Of a DNA stretch of 64,000 bases, positions 30,773 through 39,211 are shown piece by piece. This DNA comes from an uncultured Chloroflexia bacterium. Its GTDB lineage: Bacteria; Chloroflexota; Chloroflexia; QHBQ01; JAICKM01. The notes beneath the pieces were generated by a model that was not told the DNA's origin, did not search any database, and saw nothing but the letters and a program-made list of their open reading frames with translations. The stretch lies in NCBI GenBank assembly GCA_963784695.1, contig CAWARZ010000006.1, forward strand, positions 545,282-609,281, in the 5' to 3' direction. A program made the position numbers and the translations under genes. Position 1 is the stretch's first letter, and each line of letters begins with the position of its first letter.

Positions 30773-31725
30773 GCCCGGCGTTCCAGCAGCCAGGGATTGG
30801 CGCGCAGGTAGGCCAGGGTGCGCAGCACCGCCTCGCGGATACCGGCGCGCGGCGCCCAGCCGAGCGCGCGGATGCGCGCGCAGTCGAGCTCGATGCGCGG
30901 GCTGTCGCCCGCCCAGCCCCGCGGCCCGCCCGCGTAGACGCGCCGCGGTGCCACGTCCAGTGCCTCGCAGATCCAGGTCAGCAACTCGTCGACCGTGCAG
31001 ACGGCGTCCGTGCCCAGGTTGAAGATGCGCAGCGGCGCGTCCGGCTGGGCGAGCGCGCACAGCATAGCCTCGACGCAGTCGCCCACGTAGAGGTACGACT
31101 TGGTCTGCCGCCCGTCGCCGAGCACGCGGATCTGCGTCGGGTCGGCACGCAGGGCGCGGTAGAAGTCGAAGACGTGGCCGTGAGAGTAGCGCTCGCCGAG
31201 GATCGAGACGAAGCGGAAGATCGTCGCCTGGAAGCCGAACGCCGCGACGTAGGCGCCAATCAGGCCCTCGCCCGCCAGCTTGGACGCGCCGTAGAACGAG
31301 GTTTGCACAGGGAAAGGGGCGTCCTCCGGCGTGGGGAAGACGGCGGGCTCGCCGTAGACCGCGCCGCTGGAGGCGAAGGCAATCCGCCGCACCCCCGCCG
31401 TACGCATGGCCGCGCAAACCGCCAGCGTGCCGCCCGCGTTCTGGTCGAGATCGCGGCCGGGGTCGTCCGGTCCCGAACGCACGTCGGCATGCGCGGCCAG
31501 GTGGCAGACGACATCGACACCGGCCAGCGCCGCGGTCAGGCGGGCGCGGTCGCGGACGTCGCCGCGCACAAGTTGGAAGCCGGGGTACTCGGCCGCCCCG
31601 GCGAGGAACTCGGGCTGCCCGGTCGAGAAGTCGTCGTAGGCCGTGACGCGGTTGCCGGCCGCCAGCAGGCGGTCGACCAGGTGGCTGCCGATGAAGCCCG
31701 CCCCGCCGGTGACGCAATAATGCAC
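30769..31725 (-). CDS. NAD-dependent epimerase/dehydratase (extended SDR)
   Basis: GTG start with RBS GAGGAGG; [26 protein letters not shown]. Confidence 0.92.
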   Translation of the reverse strand: MHYCVTGGAGFIGSHLVDRLLAAGNRVTAYDDFSTGQPEFLAGAAEYPGFQLVRGDVRDRARLTAALAGVDVVCHLAAHADVRSGPDDPGRDLDQNAGGTLAVCAAMRTAGVRRIAFASSGAVYGEPAVFPTPEDAPFPVQTSFYGASKLAGEGLIGAYVAAFGFQATIFRFVSILGERYSHGHVFDFYRALRADPTQIRVLGDGRQTKSYLYVGDCVEAMLCALAQPDAPLRIFNLGTDAVCTVDELLTWICEALDVAPRRVYAGGPRGWAGDSPRIELDCARIRALGWAPRAGIREAVLRTLAYLRANPWLLERRA

Positions 31726-31947
31726 GTCCCCCTCCTCGCCCCGGCGCCCGCGGCCGGGCGCGTCCGGTTGGGGCATGATAGCGCGGCCCGGGGGCCGACG
31801 TCAAGCGGGCGCACCGCGCCCAGCACTACTGGCCCGTCGGGCGGACCACCTGGGATCCGCCGTCCGGCCGATCCCTCCACCCCGCGTCTGTGCTATCCTT
31901 ACGGCGATCAGTCCGATTCGCCCCCTCACAGAAACGGAGGCCCCCCT

Positions 31948-32189
31948 ATGGTCACGCACATCCCCGACGACGACTGGCCGTCCTTCTGAGCGCACCAGCA
32001 AGCGCCGTCGCGGCTTCCCGTCCGAGACGCACGTCAAGCGCGGCCCGCGCGTCGTGCACGGCGACCAGGCCCTGCAGGAAAAGCTCGGGCGCAACGATCT
32101 CTGCCCCTGCGACTCCGGGAAGCGGTTTCAAGCGCTGCTGCCGCGGCCGCGGCCGCTATGACGGCGTGGTGCGCGCCTACTACTTTTAG
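31948..32189 (+). CDS. Small SEC-C (Zn-binding) motif protein encoded across three frames (two +1 changes at ~31987 and ~32129)
   Basis: RBS GGAGG then ATG: [13 protein letters not shown] / [19 protein letters not shown]...[16 protein letters not shown] / KRCC...YYF. Confidence 0.7.
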
Positions 32190-32214
32190 GGACGCCGCAG
32201 GCGAGGACGCGGCG

Positions 32215-33020
32215 ATGCTGGATCATGACAACCTGGAGGAGTTCGCCGACGCCGCCCGCTACGACCGGGAGGACCACTCCACACGGGCGTCGCGTTCTAC
32301 AGCGCGCTCGCCGCGGAGACCGGCGGCCCCGTGCTTGAGATCGCCTGCGGCACGGGCCGCGTCAGCATCCCCATCGCTCGGCGCGGAATCCCGATCGTCG
32401 GGCTGGATCGCGTGCCGGGGATGCTGGCGCGGGCGCGCGCCAAAGCCGCGGGCTTGCCCGCGCGCTGGGTCGCGGGCGACGCGCGCACGTTCGCGCTCGC
32501 CGCGCGCTTCCGGCTGATCTTCCTGACCGGCAACGCCTTCCAGGCCTTCCTGACCAACGCCGACCAGGCGGCGCTGCTGGGCCGCGTCCGCGCACACCTG
32601 GCCCCCGGCGGCATCTTCGCCTTTGAGACGCGCAACCCCCGCTGGCGCGGATCGGCGGGGGATGCCCGTGCGGCTCCGCCCGGTGAGGGGCTGTTCGCCT
32701 ATCTGGAGACCCGGGCGGAGGAGGTGCCGGGCCGATCCTACGTCGACGCCGACGGCCGTGAGGTGCGCCTGGCGCGGACCCAGGTCTACGATCCGATCGC
32801 CCAGATCCTGCACTGGACAACCTACCGGCGCCGCCTCGTCGGCGATCAGGAAGAGACGACGGTCACGCGCATCGCCGTGCGCTTCACCTTCCCGCAAGAG
32901 CTTGCCGCGCTGCTGGACGGCCACGGCTTCGCGGTCATCCGCCGCTACGGCGACTGGGACTTATCGCCGCTGACCGGCGCCAGCCCGAGCATCATCTGCG
33001 TCTGCCGCCCGCGACCATAG
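32215..33020 (+). CDS. Class I SAM methyltransferase with a 1-nt deletion near 32281
   Basis: RBS GAGGA; MLDHDNLEEFADAARYDREDHS, then after the shift TGVAFYSALAAETGGPVLEIACGTGRV. Confidence 0.85.
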
Positions 33021-33163
33021 CCGCGTGCCCGGCTCCCGCGTTCTTCCATCCGGAGCCTCACGAGAAATGCGGTCCGCGCGTGCGGTTGTGCCTGGTCGCC
33101 GCCCGGTGCTATACTGCCCGCGCCCGGAGCGTGCGGAGATCGCCCGTGAGCCGCGAGGGAGCC

Positions 33164-34099
33164 ATGGCCGAACGATCACCCGTCAGCGTCGTCATTCCCA
33201 CCTACAACCGCGCCGAGTTGCTGCGCGCCACGCTGGCCTCCGTCGTGGCGCAGACGCTGCCGCCACGCGAGATCGCCGTCGCCGACGACGACTCCACCGA
33301 TCACACGGGCGCCGTAATCGCCGCCTTCGCCGCGGCGGGCGCGCCGATCGTCGCCGTGCCGGGTCCGCCCGACAGCCCGCCAGGCACGAACCGGCGCAGC
33401 GCGGCGCGTAACCGGGGTGCCGCCGCGACCACCGCGCCCTGGGTCGCCTTCCTCGATTCGGACGACCTCTGGGAGCCCGTGCGCCTGGAGCGCCAGATGG
33501 CGGCGCTCGCCGGACAGCCCGCCGCGGGCTTCGCGTTCTGCAACCTGCAGCAGTTCGGCCCCGGCGGCGCGCCGGTCGCCCCGCCCTACCTGCCCCGCGC
33601 GGCCGACTACAACGGCCGCATCCTCGACGCGCTGCTGGCCGAGGCGCTGATCCCGTCGAGCACGCTCGTGGCGCGGCGCGACGCGCTCGCCGCCGTCGGC
33701 GGGTGGGGGGACGTGCGCAACGGGGAGGACTACGACCTGACGCTGCGCCTGGCGGCGCGCTATCCGGCGAGCTACGTGCCCGAGGCGCTGGTGCGCCTGC
33801 GCGAGCACGCCGGGCGCGGCTCGCGCAACGAGCGCGAGCGTCCGCTGGCCGATACGCTGACCATCCTGGCCCGCTTTCTGGCGGACCATCCCGACCTGCC
33901 GGCGCCCACCCGCGCCCGCGGGCGGCGGGGCCTGGCCAACGTGCACTACAAGCTCGCGCGGCTCTATCTGGCCTGGGGCGAGCCCGCCGCCGCGCGCCGC
34001 CACTTGCGCGCGCTGCTGCGCCTGCGGCCGTGGGAGCGGCGCGCGCTGGGCGCCTACCTGCGCTCCTGGGCGCCGCCTGCCGGGCGCGCGGCGGGCTAG
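33164..34099 (+). CDS. Glycosyltransferase family 2
   Basis: VSVVIPTYNR, DDDSTD, SAARNRG, AFLDSDDLW, EDYDL. Confidence 0.92.
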   Translation: MAERSPVSVVIPTYNRAELLRATLASVVAQTLPPREIAVADDDSTDHTGAVIAAFAAAGAPIVAVPGPPDSPPGTNRRSAARNRGAAATTAPWVAFLDSDDLWEPVRLERQMAALAGQPAAGFAFCNLQQFGPGGAPVAPPYLPRAADYNGRILDALLAEALIPSSTLVARRDALAAVGGWGDVRNGEDYDLTLRLAARYPASYVPEALVRLREHAGRGSRNERERPLADTLTILARFLADHPDLPAPTRARGRRGLANVHYKLARLYLAWGEPAAARRHLRALLRLRPWERRALGAYLRSWAPPAGRAAG

Positions 34100-34980
34100 A
34101 TCCGCTCGAATTCGACCAGTAGATGGTCGCCCAGCGCCCAGGCGGGCCAGACGGCCGCCCAGTGGCGGTCGAGCCGGGCCAGGCGGCGGAAGAGGCCCGG
34201 GGCGCGGCGCACCAGACCGTCGAGATAGAGCGGCGGCAGCAGCCAGGGAAGGCCCTGGCGGCGCACCACGCGAAAGTGGGGCGCGAAGGCACGCGCGGTG
34301 ACGCCCGGCGTCCAGTAGTAGCAGGTGAAGCGGATGTCCTGCCAGTCGCCGCGCGCGGTCCCTTCCGCCTCGCCGCCCCAGCGGCGGAAGGCGCGGCCGG
34401 GGTCGCGAGCGCGCAGGTACCAGGCGGTCTCCCAGAGGCAGTAGCGGTTGAGGAGCGAGAAGACCAGGCGCCCGCCCGGGCGGATCAGGCGCGCCAGCCC
34501 GGCGGCCACGGGCGCCAGCGACGGCTCGCAGTTGAGCGGCCCGAGGCTCGAATAGGCGCCGTCGAAGCTGCCGGGACCGTACTCGGCGGCGAGATCGCCG
34601 ATGCGATGCGCGGGCAGCAGCCGCGGCGTGATGCGGTCTGCCAGCGCCGCGGCCCGCCCGCCCGGCGCCAGCTTGGCCGCGAGCGCGGCGATCATACCCG
34701 GCGCCACGTCGGTCGCGACGACGTGCACACCGCGCGCGGCCAGGTGGGTTGCCTCGATGCCGGTGCCGCAGCCGATCTCGATCACGCGGGCGCCCGGCGC
34801 GAAGGCGGCGTCGAGCGTGGCCAGGCTGCGACGGCGCGTCCAGCGCGCCAGCGGATTCCGCGCCTCGTCGGCGTCGAACAGCGGCGCGGCGAGCGTGAAG
34901 GCCCGGGCGGATGTCCCTGCCGGGGGCGTCTGTAGCGCGGCATCGCCGGTCGGTGTTGTCTGCTCGCTCTGATCGGTCAT
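34096..34980 (-). CDS. Class I SAM methyltransferase
   Basis: VIEIGCGTGIEA, TDVAPGMI, FDGAYSSLGPLNC. Confidence 0.88.
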   Translation of the reverse strand: MTDQSEQTTPTGDAALQTPPAGTSARAFTLAAPLFDADEARNPLARWTRRRSLATLDAAFAPGARVIEIGCGTGIEATHLAARGVHVVATDVAPGMIAALAAKLAPGGRAAALADRITPRLLPAHRIGDLAAEYGPGSFDGAYSSLGPLNCEPSLAPVAAGLARLIRPGGRLVFSLLNRYCLWETAWYLRARDPGRAFRRWGGEAEGTARGDWQDIRFTCYYWTPGVTARAFAPHFRVVRRQGLPWLLPPLYLDGLVRRAPGLFRRLARLDRHWAAVWPAWALGDHLLVEFERI

Positions 34981-35086
34981 GCCCACCTGCCTTCGGGTCG
35001 GCGCCGCCCGGCTTGACAGGGCTCGGGCGTGCCGTCTACGATTCCCCGGTAACCGCGCGCCGGCCGCGCGGGAAAGGAGCCCGGTT

Positions 35087-36481
35087 CTGATCGCGCCCGC
35101 CCCGGCCGCGGCGCCTGCCGCGCGGCCCGCCACTCCAGTCCGCCCTGCCTGGGGCGACCGCGCGCGCCTCGGCGCGTTCGCCGTGCTCGCCGTGGCCGTG
35201 ACGCTCGACCATTATACCCTGGATGTGGCCGGCGCGCGGATCAAGCTGGAGCACGTCGTCCTGGCCGCGCTGCTCGCTCTCGGCGCGGTCGCCGCGCTGC
35301 GCGGTCGCCGCCCGCCGATCCCCGGTGCCCTGCTCTGGATCCCGGCCTGGCTGCTCGTAACGGCGCTGGCCTCCCTCGTGAACGCGCCTGCCCCGGCGAC
35401 CAGCCTGCGGCACACAGCCATGCTGGCGCTCGTGACGAGCGGCGCCTTCGTCACCTACGCGCTGCTCGACAGCCCCGCCCGGCTGCGCCGGGCGGTGGGG
35501 CTGCTGGCGGGGCTCGGCGTGCTCGAAGCCCTGGCCGCGCTCGGCGCCGCGGGTCTCGCCCAATTGGGCGGCACCTGGGGCACCCAGCCGGGCTTCATCG
35601 GCACGCGCGTGCCCTACGGCACGCTCTGGGAGGCCAATATCCTGGGCAGCTACCTGGCGGCCGCGGGCACGCTGCTTGTCTTCCTGCTGCTCGCCGCCCG
35701 CCGCCTCCGCCCCGCACTGATCCTGGCAGGTGGGTTAGCGGTCCTGCTCGTCGCGCTGGGCCTGAGCGCGACGCGGGCCGCGTGGGTTGCCTTCCCGCTG
35801 GGCGTCGCGGCGGGCCTGGCGGCGCTGCTGTTGCTGCCCGGCGGCTTACCCCGCCCGCGCCGCCCCGTCGCCGTGAACACCGCGCTGGGCGCCGGGGCAT
35901 TCGGGCTCGCGGTCGCGGCGCTGCTGCTGACGCCCGCCGTGCTGCCGCGCGCCGCGCAGGGCCTGGCCGGGCGAACGGCGCTGGCTATCTATGACCCGCG
36001 CACCGACCCCTCGGTGGCCGCGCGGGCCGGCAGCCTGAGCACGGCCTGGGCGGGCATCGCGGCGCACCCGATCCTCGGCAACGGCGCGGGCAGCTTCGCT
36101 GCCGTCTATAGCGACGCGCAAGGGGAGCCGGGCTGGCTCAGCAATCTGGAGCTCCACCTGCTTTACGACAGTGGTCTGCTCGGCCTCGGCCTGGTGCTGG
36201 CCGGCGCAGCCCTGCTGGTGGCCGGCGCCTGGCGGGGGTTGCGGCGCGGCGGCGCGGCGGCGGCCGGGCTGGTCCCGAGCCTGGCGGCCCTGCTGGCCGT
36301 GGGCGTCGTGCTCGGCGTGGCCTACCAGACGACGGAGGCAACGTGGTTGGGCTACACCTGGGTGTACGCCGGCTTGCTGGCGCGTGCGGCGCAACTGGCG
36401 AACGCGTCTGCCCCGGCGGGCTCCGGCATAGCGCGCGCGGGCCAGAGGCCGGGCACCGCCAGGGGCGACCTCCGTCCATAA
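35087..36481 (+). CDS. O-antigen ligase/polymerase (Wzy_C) family membrane protein
   Basis: About 12 TM helices; GTLWEANILGSY, SATRAAW, HPILGNGAGSF, HLLYDSGLLG. The start is uncertain; CTG at 35087 follows AAAGGAG. Confidence 0.8.
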   Translation: MIAPAPAAAPAARPATPVRPAWGDRARLGAFAVLAVAVTLDHYTLDVAGARIKLEHVVLAALLALGAVAALRGRRPPIPGALLWIPAWLLVTALASLVNAPAPATSLRHTAMLALVTSGAFVTYALLDSPARLRRAVGLLAGLGVLEALAALGAAGLAQLGGTWGTQPGFIGTRVPYGTLWEANILGSYLAAAGTLLVFLLLAARRLRPALILAGGLAVLLVALGLSATRAAWVAFPLGVAAGLAALLLLPGGLPRPRRPVAVNTALGAGAFGLAVAALLLTPAVLPRAAQGLAGRTALAIYDPRTDPSVAARAGSLSTAWAGIAAHPILGNGAGSFAAVYSDAQGEPGWLSNLELHLLYDSGLLGLGLVLAGAALLVAGAWRGLRRGGAAAAGLVPSLAALLAVGVVLGVAYQTTEATWLGYTWVYAGLLARAAQLANASAPAGSGIARAGQRPGTARGDLRP

Positions 36482-36594
36482 CGCCGCGGGCCGCCGAGAA
36501 GTCGTGGGAGTGCCGAGGGGATTGGGGAGGATCCAGAGCGCCGCCGGGATCCCGACGACCGGTCGTCGCGGACCCCGGCGGACGCCGGGCAAGC

Positions 36595-36736
36595 AAAAGC
36601 CCCGAACAGACCTTGCGGTTCATCCGGGGCTCTGCCGCTCCACCGAATTGCTTCGGGGAACAACCCTCGTCACGATATCCTGAGCTTCGCGTCGCCCTTG
36701 CGGGTTCCGTTCCGCTGAGTACTTCGTTTCGCTGGT
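36595..36736 (-). ncRNA. Putative structured small RNA, copy 1
   Basis: Follows TTGACT-17-TAATAT (36766-36771 and 36743-36748). Hairpins CCC-GCAA-GGG and CCGAA-GCAA-TTCGG; terminal AGCCCCG...CGGGGCTTTT terminator; conserved with copy 2. Confidence 0.7.
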
Positions 36737-36787
36737 GACCCTATATTAGCACGATTCGGCTACTGAGTCAATAGATGCGATCGCAGG

Positions 36788-36819
36788 TTATACACCACTT
36801 TATCCACGACTTATCCACA
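36788..36819. promoter_or_regulatory. Cluster of DnaA-box-like 9-mers upstream of ncRNA copy 1
   Basis: TTATACACC 36788, TTATCCACG 36800, TTATCCACA 36811. Confidence 0.6.
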
Positions 36820-37063
36820 GGCTCCGGACCCGCTTCGTTGCTCGGCAGCCTGCCGCGTGGCGCGCGGTGGGGCGCGCGCCCGTGGGCAGCCAGCCGGGTG
36901 GCGGGGGCCGCATCCCGCCCGGCGAGGTGCGCCGGCCGATGGGTTAGCCCGCGCTTCGGGGACGCCACGGCCTCTTGCCACGCAAGAGCGGATCAGCCGG
37001 CGTGCGTCGGCCGGTGCGGTGGTGGGCGGGATGACTGCGGGGCGGAGGCCGGGCGGAAGGCAT

Positions 37064-37210
37064 AACAAAAGCCCCGAACAGACCTTGCGGTTCATCCGGG
37101 GCTTTGTCGCTCCACCGAATTGCTCCGGCGAAACATCCCTGCGTCTCGCGATACCAAACTTCGCGTCGCCCTTGCGGGTCCCGTTCGGCTCAGTATTTCG
37201 GTTCGCTGGT
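37064..37210 (-). ncRNA. Putative structured small RNA, copy 2
   Basis: Follows TTGACT-17-TAGCAT (37240-37245 and 37217-37222). Same hairpins as copy 1 (CCGGA-GCAA-TTCGG keeps pairing via G-U) and an identical terminator core. Confidence 0.7.
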
Positions 37211-37261
37211 AGCCCTATGCTAGCACGAAACGCGCGACGAGTCAAGAGATCGGCCCGCAGG

Positions 37262-37306
37262 TTATACACCACTTTTTCCACAAGTTGTCCACTTGCCGGT
37301 GGATAA
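37262..37306. promoter_or_regulatory. Cluster of DnaA-box-like 9-mers upstream of ncRNA copy 2
   Basis: TTATACACC 37262, TTTTCCACA 37274, TTGTCCACT 37285, and an inverted TTATCCACC at 37298-37306. Confidence 0.6.
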
Positions 37307-37327
37307 CATGCCGCCCCGGCATGACAA

Positions 37328-37356
37328 CGGGGCCGGAGCATCATGCTCCGGCCCCG
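37328..37356 (-). terminator. Perfect hairpin downstream of the DUF4190 gene
   Basis: CGGGGCCGGAGCA-TCA-TGCTCCGGCCCCG. Confidence 0.6.
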
Positions 37357-37377
37357 CGAATACCGCCCGCGCCCGCC

Positions 37378-37884
37378 TTAAGGTGCCGGGGTCGGGACGA
37401 CGGCGGTCAGCGTCAGGATCGCGTCGTTGATGGCGTTGCCGAACAGCGACACGCCCGCGAGGGTGATGATCAGCTCGAGCAGACCCAGCACCAGCGCGAC
37501 GATGCCGAGCACGAGACCGGCCATCGCCAGGCCGCTCCCGCCCTGGGCCGACTGGCGAATCTGATTGCGAGCCATAAAGCCCAGGATCGCGCCGATTGCG
37601 CCGAGCACGATGCTCACAGGAGAGAGGAACACACACAGCGGCAGGAGCGCCAGGATGCTGACGATCAGTGCCACGATCGCCAGCACGTTCGTGCTGCCGC
37701 CGCTCGCCGTCGCGGCAGTATATGTGCCGCCGGGCGGCGGGGTATAGCCGCCGGCCGGCGGGGCCGGCGGAGGCGTGTAGCCGCCACTGGGCGGGGGCGT
37801 GTAGCCGCCGCTCGGGGGTGGCGTGTAGCCGCCCTGGCTGCCTGTGCCGCCCTCGTTGCCCGACGGGGGTTGTCCGTAGCTCAT
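37378..37884 (-). CDS. DUF4190-type membrane protein with Pro/Tyr-rich N-terminus
   Basis: GGYTPPP repeated about 4 times; TNVLAIVALIVSIL...AILGFMARNQIRQS...GSGLAMAGLVLG. Confidence 0.8.
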   Translation of the reverse strand: MSYGQPPSGNEGGTGSQGGYTPPPSGGYTPPPSGGYTPPPAPPAGGYTPPPGGTYTAATASGGSTNVLAIVALIVSILALLPLCVFLSPVSIVLGAIGAILGFMARNQIRQSAQGGSGLAMAGLVLGIVALVLGLLELIITLAGVSLFGNAINDAILTLTAVVPTPAP

Positions 37885-37927
37885 GAACTGGACCCTCCTA
37901 AAGCTAAGTTGATAACACCGCCGTATC

Positions 37928-38314
37928 TCAGAGGCTTTCCGCCAACGCGGCCCCCACGCGCTGCAACTCGAAGCGTGCACGGCCGAGATTGCCGTCCGCC
38001 TGGACGACGAGCAAGAGGAAGTAATCGGGGGTCACCAGCCGGGTGAGGAAGGCGCGCTCCTCGGTTTCGAGGCTGATGGTGCGCAAGGTGCCCCAGTGCG
38101 CGGTGTCCGCGGCGCGGCGCGCGGCCAGCACGAGGTCGGCCAGCTCGACGCCCCAGGCCTGCGGATCCTGCGCGGCCGGCGTGGAGCCGTTCTGCGGCAG
38201 GGTCTTGGCCCCCGTGACCGTCTCGACGGCCAGCCCATCCACGCCCAGCAGGCTGATCGCTACCGCTCCGGGGATTTTCTCGACGGCCCCGGCGAGCAGC
38301 TCGGTCAGATCCAT
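37928..38314 (-). CDS. Roadblock/LC7 (MglB-like) protein
   Basis: IPGAVAISLLGVDGLAVE...YFLLLVVQADGNLGRARFEL. Confidence 0.8.
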   Translation of the reverse strand: MDLTELLAGAVEKIPGAVAISLLGVDGLAVETVTGAKTLPQNGSTPAAQDPQAWGVELADLVLAARRAADTAHWGTLRTISLETEERAFLTRLVTPDYFLLLVVQADGNLGRARFELQRVGAALAESL

Positions 38315-38534
38315 CACAGGGACTCTCCTTTCGGGGTCTCCACCTTGGGATTGAGCTGCCACCTCCTGAGGAGGCAGCGGGCCACCGGCGGCGTCACGCT
38401 CCGATAGGCACTACGACTCTGCACGGAGTATAGCAGAACAGGCAGGCAAATGCAACGGTTTGCGCGCGCGCCGCGCGCGAACGCGCGGCGGGGGATTGCC
38501 GCGCGATAGAGTGGATTGGGGCGAGGGCCGGGCG

Positions 38535-39134
38535 CTACATCTCGCGCCGGCCCTCGATGGAGCGGGCCAGCGTCACCTCGTCGGCGTACTCCAGGTCGCC
38601 GCCGATGGGCAGGCCGCGCGCCAGGCGGGTGACGCGCACGCCGAGAGGCACCAGCTGGCGGGCCAGGTACATGGCCGTGGCCTCGCCCTCCATGTTCGGA
38701 TTGGTCGCCAGGATCACCTCGTCGGCCTCGCCCAGCTTGACTCGCCGCAACAGCTCGGCGATGCGCAGCTTGTCGGGCGTGATGCCCTCCAGCGGCTGGA
38801 TCGCCCCGTGCAGCACGTGGTACAGGCCTTTGTAGATGCCGGTGCGCTCCAGCGCGAGCACGTCGAGCGGCTCCTCGACCACGCAGATCTTGGCGCGGTC
38901 GCGGCCGGGGTCGGCGCAGAGGGCGCAGGGATCCGTCTCCGTCACGTTGTAGCAGACCGTGCAGAAGGTGATCTTGTCCTTCATGTCGGTGATCGCGGTC
39001 GCCAAGGCCGCGGCTTGCTCGCGGTTGCTGCGCAGCAAGTAGAACGTAAGCCGGGACGCGCTCTTCGGGCCGATACCGGGCAGGCGGCTGAACTCGTCGA
39101 TCAGCCGGGCAATCGGCTCTGGGGTTGACTGCAT
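38535..39134 (-). CDS. recR: Recombination mediator RecR
   Basis: LPGIGPKSASRL, CTVC...CALC, Toprim motif EVILATNPNMEGEATA, TRLARGLPIGGDLEYAD. Confidence 0.97.
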   Translation of the reverse strand: MQSTPEPIARLIDEFSRLPGIGPKSASRLTFYLLRSNREQAAALATAITDMKDKITFCTVCYNVTETDPCALCADPGRDRAKICVVEEPLDVLALERTGIYKGLYHVLHGAIQPLEGITPDKLRIAELLRRVKLGEADEVILATNPNMEGEATAMYLARQLVPLGVRVTRLARGLPIGGDLEYADEVTLARSIEGRREM

Positions 39135-39211
39135 CGTAAAATCACAACTTTCTACGCGTGAATTCGGGGAATCAGACCCTCAATTATACCATAATTGGGG
39201 CAGGCGCCGCG

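Noticed and set aside
36138-37094. ORFs beginning MNRKVCSGLLL in both duplicated units
   Set aside because: The ATG lies inside the terminator stem with no well-spaced RBS, and similarity ends exactly at the U-tract, so conservation reflects RNA structure rather than coding.
36595-37210. Calling the duplicated RNA a canonical c-di-GMP-I riboswitch, SRP RNA or 6S RNA
   Set aside because: The resemblance to GEMM is only partial, there is no SRP helix-8 motif or 6S-like long rod, and there is no downstream gene.
36780-37310. oriC
   Set aside because: No adjacent dnaA/dnaN, no AT-rich unwinding element and no DnaA-trio repeats are visible; the boxes track the duplicated promoters.
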